From Octopus vulgaris (taxonomy: Eukaryota), in NCBI GenBank assembly GCA_951406725.2, contig OX597815.1:75144001-75208000 (forward strand): DNA of 64,000 nucleotides. Reading direction: 5' to 3'. The translations under genes were made by a program, and so were the position numbers. Under the pieces are notes generated by a model. It saw only the letters and a program-made list of their open reading frames with translations. It had not been told where the DNA came from and searched no databases. Shown here piece by piece: positions 53,939-64,000 of the stretch; the first letter of the stretch is position 1; each line of letters starts with the position of its first letter.

Positions 53939-54719
53939 TTAATAAGGGTGAGAGAATTAGATACTAATTTAATAGTATATTTATTCAACACCAAGTGGCC
54001 TAGTGCTCCGAGAAACCTGGATTATTATAATATTTTATAACATATTATAATATTTTTACAAAATAAATATAAGAGAGTGGTCACTATATTGCTCACTCTA
54101 GCACCAGTTAATCCAAAAGGTTTCAACCACGAAAATACATGTTTCCCATGAAAGTCAGTACGATTGTTAGCTCACACGGACAGGGCAAATAAAAAATAAC
54201 AAAAATACAGATTATTTTGGGACAATTGTTTCGCTATTAATGAATTAAATGTAATTTTACTTACAAAAAATCCATTTGTAGCTCGTCAGCCAAGACTATC
54301 TGGATGAAATCCACTCAATCACACGCCAGATTTTACCATAACGATAAATACGCGTGTGGTTCAATTGATTACATCCGACGTTATAATTCAAAATGCCCCA
54401 ACCAACAGCGCGCCAAACTTTCACGGAAAACAAATACAGCATTTAGAAATAAATGCAGCATAATTATAATTAATTAATAAGGGTGAGAGAATTAGATACT
54501 AATTTAATAGTATATTTATTCAACACCAAGTGGCCTAGTGCTCCGAGAAACCTGGATTATTATAATATTTTATAACATATTATAATATTTTTACAAAATA
54601 AATATAAGAGAGTGGTCACTATATTGCTCACTCTAGCACCAGTTAATCCAAAAGGTTTCAACCACGAAAATACATGTTTCCCATGAAAGTCAGTACGATT
54701 GTTAGCTCACACGGACAGG
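53930..54719 (-). mobile_element. Retrozyme-like element B: 1.5 copies of a 535-nt unit with a canonical hammerhead
   Basis: 255-bp direct repeats at 53930-54184 and 54465-54719 (no mismatch seen by eye), in (TA)n, non-coding, HHR in the unique part. Confidence 0.8.
54208..54302 (-). ncRNA. Type I hammerhead ribozyme with intact core and extended stem II
   Basis: Minus strand reads CAGAU-AGUC-UUGG-CUGACGA-GCUA...UAGC-GAAA-CAAUUG-UC^CCAA-AAUA-AUCUG; predicted cleavage between 54221 and 54220. Confidence 0.85.
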
Positions 54720-54877
54720 ATATATATATATATTTATGTATCTCTCTCTCTCTATATATATATATATATGTATATATATATACATACATACATACATATA
54801 TATGTATTGATGTAAAATAATAATATTTATTTAATTTGTGTATATGCATATATTTTCTATATATACATGATATACAA

Positions 54878-54955
<78 letters not shown>

Positions 54956-55007
54956 CAAACACATACGCACACAAACACACACACTCATATATATTTATAG
55001 AGAGAGA

Positions 55008-55390
55008 GGTGGCTGTGTGGTAAGTGGTTTGCTTACCAACCACGTGGCACCCTGGGCAAATGTCTTCTATGATAGCCTCAGGCCGACCAAAGTTTTGCTA
55101 GTGGACTTGGTAGACGGAAACTGAAAGAAGCCCGTCGTATATATATATATAAAAATATATATAATAGTGTGTGTGTGTGTGTGTGTGTTTGAGTGTTTGT
55201 GTTTGTCCCCCCACCATCACTTGACAACCGATGCTGGTGTATTTACGTCCCCGTAACTTAGCGGTTCGGCAATGGAGACCAATGAAATAAGTAGTAGGCT
55301 TACAAAGAATGAGTTCTGGGGTCGATTTGTTCGACTAAAGTCGCTACTTCAGCATGGCCGCAGTCAAATGACTGAAACAAATAAAAGAGT
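55008..55390 (+). mobile_element. SINE family B
   Basis: gtggctgtgtggtaag head, internal TA/TG microsatellite, cagtcaaatgactgaaacaa tail. Confidence 0.85.
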
Positions 55391-55795
55391 AATAGAGAAT
55401 ATATATGTATGTGTGTATATATGTGATATACAATGTCACTCACAAAAAGAGTTATCTAAGAATTCACACATTCTATTGTTAAGTATATTTGCTAGTGATT
55501 TAAATGAAATCACCAATCAAATACATATCAAAAGGACATGGCATATTTTTCTTAAAGAGAAATAAGAGGAATAAATAAATACAAAAAAAGCAAGTAATTT
55601 TAAACAAATCCAATAACACGCAATGATACGGTCGATATGCGCCTAGCTCCTATTTCATTTATATAATTGAAAGAAATGTTTGAACAAATATAAACCAAAG
55701 ATTGGAAGAACAAAAGCAAAAGGTAACTTTCTTTCTCTATCTACATGGTTAATATTTCGGTGTATTTTATTCTAGTAACTATTTTTCGGAGGTGA

Positions 55796-55859
<64 letters not shown>

Positions 55860-56420
55860 GTTCGTGTAGTAAGATAGGAAATTCTTACATTCTCTCGATT
55901 TCCTGTAATTCAGATAACCTCACGGTCCCAGCAGACAAAATTGAAAAGGCGTTGCTTCGGAGGATGGTGAGGGAGATGCACTTGAACATCCATTGTGATT
56001 CACGGGCTCGCACATGATGACAACAATCTCCACCCAGATGGCGCTGAGCAGGGTCGTGGTCCAGGGACCAAGAACGCTGGAGGTCTCCATTGCCACAGGT
56101 TCGACCACAAACCTGTCAGAGCGATTGATACTTCGATAGTTTTCTTTTCTCAGCCTGACGAGCAGCAGAGTGTGGGCCGGTAGCTGACCACACCATGTTG
56201 CCGCTGGAGAAGGTATCACATCATGTGGCATCCCAGATGAGGGGCTTGCCGTCACGGAACGAGAAAATTGTTATACAGTCAGGCCTTTTACCGTCCCTTT
56301 GGTCTAGCCCCGCTGGCTTGGGTTGGAAAGGGAAACCTGCGGCAACTAGGTCGTGCTTTATGATTTTGTTAAGGGCGGCTTGGCGTGGAAGGCGGTCAGC
56401 AATATGACGGCATGACAAAG
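55860..56420 (-). pseudogene. 3' fragment of a CRE-like non-LTR retrotransposon (RLE domain)
   Basis: PRQAALNKIIK..AAGFP..PAGLDQRDGKRPDCIT..GKPLIWDAT and RFVVEPVAMETSSVLGP; ends in an (AAT)n tract. Confidence 0.75.
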
Positions 56421-56736
56421 ATACTAATATTTAAAAGAAACTGTATTGATATTGTAAATGCGTATGTTCTGAATGTTTCAATTGTATTTCAACATGTTTT
56501 TTTCATGGCCACGATCCAATAATCAAAGAAATTTCCTGGCGTGGCAGTATGGTTAAGAAGCATGCTTTGCATCCCCGCGGTTTCGGGTTCAGTACCACTG
56601 TATTACACATTCGGCAAATGTCTTCTACTATATCACCAGGTCAACCAATGCTTTGTGAGTGAATTTGTTAGACGGAAACTGTGGAAGACCATCGTATACA
56701 TATATACATACATACATACATACATACATACATACA

Positions 56737-56770
<34 letters not shown>

Positions 56771-57158
56771 CACACATACATACATACATACATGTGCATC
56801 TGCATGAGTATATGTAGATTGTCCTGTCGTAAACGATAGGTAAGCAACTCCTTGTTGAACAATATGCACTGATGATTTGTTTACAGTGATCAAATGTTGG
56901 CATGTACATTAGCTCACTCCCGCCTTCGAATCGACATTGCCTACACAGGGACACAATGTGTCACATGGCATATATCGAAGTGATCGCAGAGCCACATGAT
57001 TTGAAGTGTTTTGCTCAAGAATACAACACAGAGCCCGGTGCGGGAATCGAAATTAGCGATCGTTAGTGCATCATCTAAACAACTCGTCTACGCGCGCGCG
57101 AAGTTTCAAAACCGACAAGAGTCAGGATGCCTAGCTAGATCGACCGGTCGATCGATAT

Positions 57159-57227
<69 letters not shown>

Positions 57228-57256
57228 GTATGTATATATATGTGTATACGTATATA

Positions 57257-57503
57257 TTCTCTTTTATTCTTTTAATTGTTTCAGTCATTTGATTGCAGGT
57301 ATGCTGGAGCACCGACTTAAAGAATGTTAGTCGAAGAAATCGACCCCAGGATTTATTCTTTGCAAGCCTAGTACTTATTCTATCGGTCTCTTTGCGCCGA
57401 ACCGCTAAGTTACGGGGATATAAACACACCAGCATCGCTTGTCAAGCGATGGTGGCGGAACAAATACAGAAACATACACAAATATATACATATATATATA
57501 CAT

Positions 57504-57589
<86 letters not shown>

Positions 57590-57794
57590 CACGACAGGTT
57601 TCTTCCAGTTTCCGTCTACCAGATTCACTCACAAGGCTTTGATATATTATATATACACGACAGGTTTTCAGTCCCACCAGATTCACTATGAGCTCGGGGC
57701 TATAGTAGAAGACACCTGCTCAAGGTGCCACCCAGTGGGACTGAACTCGAAACCATATGGGTTCGGAAGCAAGCTTCTTACCACACAGCCACGC
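57257..57794 (-). mobile_element. SINE family B, full length with internal TA array and small internal duplication
   Basis: Matches 2461-2880; 57583-57628 is repeated at 57650-57687. Confidence 0.85.
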
Positions 57795-57799
57795 ATATA

Positions 57800-57845
<46 letters not shown>

Positions 57846-57919
57846 GAGAGAGAGAGACAGAGAGACAGAAAGATTGAGACAGACAGACAGGCAGAGAGAA
57901 ATAGAGTGATAGTGCGATA

Positions 57920-58198
57920 GATGGTTTATGGAAGTCCCGGTTACGGCGACGAGGGTTCCAGCTGATCCGATCAGCGGAGCAACTTGCTCTTGAAATGAAC
58001 GTGCAAGTGGCTGAGCACTCCGCAGACAACGTACCCTTAATGTAGTTGTTAGGGAGACTCGGTATCAAACAGTATTGACAAAGCTGGCACTTTGAATTAT
58101 AGGTGCTTTTTTTTGTTTTTTGCCAGCTGAGTCTTGCTCAAGGAATCGAACTCACGACTTTACGATCGTGAGTCAAATACCCTGACCACTAAGCCACG
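57920..58198 (-). mobile_element. SINE family C
   Basis: Reverse complement of the 49020-49402 body; ggaatcgaactc B box. Confidence 0.75.
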
Positions 58199-58914
58199 AT
58201 AGATAGATAACGTGCGTGTATGTATGTGTGTATGTGTGTGTGTGCGTGCGTGTACGTGTACTAAAAAGTATGACAGGAAACGATGGATAGCCATAGTTGA
58301 TGATGGAACTGTAATAGCAGCAACAACAAATAAAGACGTATCAGGAGCTCTTCTGTGCAGCCTCTTTATTCTTTACTTAGGCAGAAAAATCCAGTAAAAT
58401 CTGAAGGATTTCATTTGACGAAATATAAAGATGCCAGCTTTGCTCTATGTAAATCCATGTGTCAAAGGATTAAGCGTTGTTGACCATTTCTTCCACGATT
58501 TCATAGAACTAGCAGCATAGGTGATGGCGTGTGAGGGTTAAAGGCCGTTTTGTGAAGCCCCTGTTGGATAAAGGATGCGTCTTCAAGCTGTCAAAATAGG
58601 ACTTTAAACTCGATCAAGAACCAAACAACAAAAGACGTTGTTTGACTGATAGCCCTCCCCTATTCTACATCTTACACTCATGCCATTTTTCAATCCTTTT
58701 CGTCTTGTTAACTATTAAACGCGCTTTACATCCTCATTCTAGCTGTCCTTCCTCTAAGACCCCTTAAATCGTCCGATGTCATTTTAATATAACTTACATT
58801 TATAATTTTCTATTGTGTCTTCCATCCACCCATTTCTCTCTCTACCAGTCTAGTTTTTTTTTTATCCGTCCTTCGCTTTTCCATTCTTTACTCTCCACCT
58901 CCCTTCACTTTTTC

Positions 58915-59000
<86 letters not shown>

Positions 59001-59592
59001 TTATCTATCTATCTATCTGTATATCTATCTATCTATCTATCTATCAGTATATCTGTCTATACAGTCCGCTTTATTTTTAACTATCTATCCACGATAATTT
59101 TTTCATTCACTTTCCTCTCTTTTACTCCCCCCTCCTTGCTTATTTCCCCCCTCCTATCTATATTTCCCCTATAATCGTTACATCGTACGTGTTTTGACCA
59201 CGTAGATGATCAAGACACTGTACATTGAAGTAAAGATAGTGGACAGCGGGGAAAAAGATGACTACGATGACGATGATGATGGTGATGATGATCATGATAA
59301 TTATGATCACGATCATAGTGGTGATGGTAATGTTGATGATGAAGATTATGATGGTGATATGATGAGGTTGGTGGTGGAGGTGGTGATAATTATGATGAAG
59401 ATCATATTTGAAAATTTACGAAGCGGAAGAATAGAAAAAGTAGTAGTGGTGGTGATGGGTGTGGTAGTGGTGATGGTTGAGGTAGTAGTAGTAGTTGTTG
59501 TAGTAGTGGTGGTGATGGTTGTAGTAGTAGTAGTTGCAGTAGTGGTGGTGGTGGTGGAGGTGACGGTTGTAGTAGTAGTAGTGATGGTTGTG

Positions 59593-59643
<51 letters not shown>

Positions 59644-60055
59644 ATAGTTGTGGTAGTGGTAGAAGTAGTAGTAGCAGCAGCAGCAACAACAGCAGCAGCA
59701 AAGGACGAAGTGTTAAGATTTTAATACAGTTATATTAAATGTAACTGATGGGATCAAATGAATAAAACAGATGACCTTACTACTGCTGCTGTGCTGTTTT
59801 TTGTTGTTGTTGCTGTTGCTGTTCTTGCTGATGATTTTGGTGCTCTTAATCCTGGTGACCATTGCATCTGATGATGATGATGATCTTGAGCGAGCATGAC
59901 CATACCGATTAAAAAGAAGCAAAGAGGAAAGCAAAGAGGAAAAACCGGAAGAGAAGAAGGAGGAGGTGTTGAAGACAGTGAAGGGTGAAAAGTCGGCTGT
60001 AAAACCGTTGATATCTAGTCACATTAAATGATGCTTAAGATTTTTGAAAAGTCTA

Positions 60056-60115
<60 letters not shown>

Positions 60116-60146
60116 CAGCAGCAGCAGTAGTAGTAGTAGTAGTAGT

Positions 60147-60202
<56 letters not shown>

Positions 60203-60710
60203 AAAAGGCCAAGCTGACATCAGCAGGATTTGAACTGAGGACGTAACGAGCCAGAAAAATGCCAGCAATCATTCTCCCCGACACGCAACGATCTTGCCAG
60301 CTCCCCTTAATAATCTTTTCTACTCCAGATACAAAGCCCGAAATTTTGGGGGAGGGGACCAGTCGATTAGATTGACCCCGGTACGTAACTGATACTTAAT
60401 TTATCTACCCCGAAAGAATGAAAGGCAAAGACGACCTTGGCGAAATTTGAACTCAGAACGTAAAGACAGACCAAATACCTATTTCTTTACTACCCACAAG
60501 GGGCTAAACACAGAGAGGACAAACAAGGACAGACAAACGGATTAAGTCGATTATATCGACCCCAGTGCGTAACTGGTACTTATTTAATCGACCCCGAAAG
60601 GATGAAAGGCAAAGTCGACCTCGGCGGAATTTGAACTCAGAACGTAGCGACAGCCGAAATACCGCTAAGCATTCCGGCCGGCGTGCTAACGATTCTGCCA
60701 GCTCGCTGCC

Positions 60711-60782
<72 letters not shown>

Positions 60783-60910
60783 TCTACTATAGGTACCTGG
60801 CCTGAAATTTTGGAGGAGGGGACTAATCAATTACATCGACATCCAGTGTTCAATTGCGACGGCGGCATTAGAACTCAGAACCGTAAAGGCAGACGGACTG
60901 CCACTAAACA
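60203..60910 (-). mobile_element. Tandem cluster of four SINE family A copies (best copy 60481-60712)
   Basis: Repeated ggaatttgaactcagaacgta B-box region and ctgccagctcgc A-box region, interleaved with TAG/TAA microsatellites. Confidence 0.85.
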
Positions 60911-61356
60911 TTATACTTTTTAAGCAAAGGTTCCTTATGTCAATGGATGTCAGTCTAATACCCAATAATACCAATAAAGCGAAAAAATTTAAGAAGCAAA
61001 ACCAGAAAAATCAACAACTGCAAGAAATTTGAGTATATTTTTGACAAATTACAGACTGTACTTTTTCGTTTTAAATGCGAAATAGAAAGAGAGTAGCCAC
61101 AAGCGGACCTGAACTACCTATTGGTTCCACGACACATTAGTTTAGAGAAGCATTGAACGAGACTGTTTTCGTGCAGTGATTCTGCAATTAAGTTTAAGAA
61201 TAGCTTTCTCTGATTAGGTTACCCTTACTGGAGGACTCAATACTGTGCTGCAAGGGATACATTACATCGATGGTTGTTTATAGCTACGTTGTATTGAGAC
61301 AGCCAGTATTCCGTATCTTGGCTATGAGCAATGAATGTTTTTCTAGTCAAGGATTT

Positions 61357-61452
<96 letters not shown>

Positions 61453-61663
61453 GCTATCTATCTATCTATCTATCTATATAACTATCTATATAACTATATA
61501 TATATATATATATATGTATGTATATATATATGTATATATATATCTTCCTCTCTATTTACATATCTACATACATACCGACATTCATACCTGTACGCATACG
61601 CGCATATTTTACAGTGCTCAACTTCTTGGGAAAGTCTAATGATACATATTCTAGATATATATG

Positions 61664-61920
61664 TTTCTTTATTAGCCACACAGGGCTGAACACCGACGGG
61701 ACAAATTACAAAGAAGAGCTTTTCTTCTTGGGGAGAAAAAAAAAGTGGGGTAGGTTTTCGATCAAAAGCGATCGTAAAAAGGAAAGAAAAAAAAACGATT
61801 AATAGGGACCGTGTATCACAGAAATGTCATGATGTAAAGTGTAAAGGGAGAAGCAGATAAGATTTATCCGTGGAAAGAAAAGCCTACGGAAAAGACTACG
61901 GTAACCTCGGTCAATAATGT
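61664..61920 (-). mobile_element. Putative LINE 3'UTR sharing its terminus with SINE family A
   Basis: tttctttattagccacacagggctgaacac..ggacaaa resembles tttctttactacccacaaggggctaaacac..ggacaaa at 60482. Confidence 0.4.
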
Positions 61921-62419
61921 CACATGTTAACACATTTATTTGCAAGTAAGTAACTCTCTGTTTTAAATTTTTCCGGGTTCATAGGATTATGCTCGATGCC
62001 AAAGATATAATGCTGTACCGTTTAGATATATTTAGATAGGTCAACTGTTATAATATTGAGCACGATTACTATTCATTTCGAAAATATACAGCATTTTATG
62101 TATTACAAGATTATATAACTGGAATATTTATCAAACTCTTTTGTAATTGAAGACGTATAAAGCTAACGGGCAATGGTTCAAATTCCGGCGGTAGTGTGTA
62201 TACCAATCAGATTAAGTGAGGCAGGCAATAGACGTCAACCTTCCTTCAGAGATGCATGTGTTTCTCTATGTATGCATGTATGTATGTATGTATGTATGTA
62301 TGTATGTATGTATGTATGTATGTATGTATGTATGTATGTATGTATGCATGTATGTATGTATGTATGAACGCATGGTTGTATGTATGTATGTATGTATGTA
62401 TGTATGTATGTACGTGTTT

Positions 62420-62660
62420 TTCATCCCGCAGGGTGTCCAATAAACACCCTCCTCACCAAGCAAGCTTGGTGGGGTTGCCGGTTTAGTCGCCGACGACCCG
62501 ACCATGCAACAGGTTGTACTGGGTTACATGTTACCAGTAGCACTCGAAGTGACCTAAAGTGATCTTTAGCTGGGCTAAAAAGTCACATTCGATCACAGCA
62601 CCAATAACAGTTAAGCTTCGTGCAATGGCCATACTCGATAACAAGGGGGCAGCCATAATA
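62420..62660 (+). mobile_element. Short bipartite RTE-derived element
   Basis: 5' part matches 10308-10445; 3' part matches the reverse complement of 9791-9873; ends in (ATA)n. Confidence 0.65.
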
Positions 62661-63360
62661 ATAATAATGTATGTATGTATGTATGTATGTGCATTAGACA
62701 TAAAAATATTTAATATAACATATTCTAGTGATATAAACAGACGTATATAAACACAAAGGTGTGCTCCAATAGTAAACAATAAGTTAGTATACGTATAAGG
62801 AGCTGCGACAATAAACTGTACGCGCGCGCGCATGCAGTCACATATATATATATATGTATCTATGAGGGATGATATATATACATACACACACACATATATC
62901 TATATGGGGGCATATATAATATATATACACAAACACACAAACATACGCATGTATACATGTATATATATATATATTTGCATGTATATACGTATATTTGCAT
63001 TTGTATATCTATCTATCTATATATATATATGCATACAAACACATGCATACTGTACATACATATAAATATATACATACATACACATGCACACACACATACA
63101 TGCGCGCGCATATATACATATATGCACACCGTAGAGCACAGAAAAAGTATTAGGTAAACACGGAAAGTGAAAGGTAAATATGCAGAGTATCACAATTGGT
63201 TTTTATTGTACCCTTAAAATCGAAACGAATGACAATAATACAGTCACTACTCCATTAAAACTTACACATTAAGGAACCATTCAATGATTATCGACTGCAA
63301 TCTAAACACCAAACAGGATTCTTGTATTTCTGTTTTGTTTTGTTTTTTCCTCTCTCCCTC

Positions 63361-63412
<52 letters not shown>

Positions 63413-63808
63413 AAGTCTATATACGTCGCTCAGTTAAACACCACCACCTGATCCTCCGTTTGATTTAGTAGCTTTTACTCTGTTGCATGCAAGTGTTATT
63501 CGGACAAGGTCTTCGCCTCTTTTCCACCATCGTTTGGTTTTTGTTCTACAGCATGACGCTCGAGATCCTCAAGGCTTTTTATCGACCACATTAATCTTAG
63601 CAACATGTGAAAGAGCCTGCGAAGGATCTTGGTTGTGCATTGCTTCTCGTCATTAATTTATAATATAAACAAAAAGCTTTCTACCGGTAGTTTTTTCATT
63701 TATTTACCTTTATTTACTAACTTACTAACATACGAGTACATAACATCTTTGTTCCTTAGTTAGTTAATTTGTTTGTTTGTTCCTTCTTCTTGCTGTTAAT
63801 CTGATTTT

Positions 63809-63847
<39 letters not shown>

Positions 63848-63850
<3 letters not shown>

Positions 63851-64000
63851 GGTGGGCAACTAAGTTCCGACGTTTTTTCTAATTTTGGAATTTATTGCGT
63901 TTTTAAATTGTAGTATCTATTTTTTTCGATAATTCTGTTTTTGAATCATTTTGGAATTTTTTTTTCTAGTTAATTTTAGTTTATTTTTGTTTACTTTCAG
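63848..64000 (+). mobile_element. Probable mariner 5' end running off the window
   Basis: TA followed by TTCGGTGGGCAACTAAGTTCC, a mariner-like TIR, after a (TA)n tract. Confidence 0.4.

Noticed and set aside
59206-59724. 172-aa acidic/valine-rich ORF
   Set aside because: Degenerate GAT/GTA/GTG trinucleotide repeats.

Overview
Repeat-dense, AT-rich eukaryotic intronic/intergenic DNA. The microsatellite load and tRNA-derived SINE families suggest a coleoid cephalopod (Octopus-like); this is an inference. No host protein-coding exon could be confirmed, and almost all ORFs in the track are microsatellite artefacts. The window holds three tRNA-derived SINE families, decayed LINEs (RTE, R4/Dong-like, HERO-like, CRE-like, Tx1-like), mariner remnants, a Helentron-type HINE, a foldback MITE and several Penelope-like elements (PLEs; one keeps a 398-aa RT + GIY-YIG ORF). 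The main result is a set of hammerhead-ribozyme (HHR) elements. Two unrelated non-coding, more-than-unit-length repeats each carry a type I hammerhead on the minus strand: 20774-21237 (353-nt unit, 11-bp TSD) and 53930-54719 (535-nt unit). They look like retrozymes, i.e. reverse-transcribed circular RNAs. At least five further minimal or variant hammerheads sit in PLE tails. All folds and identities were read by eye, not computed.
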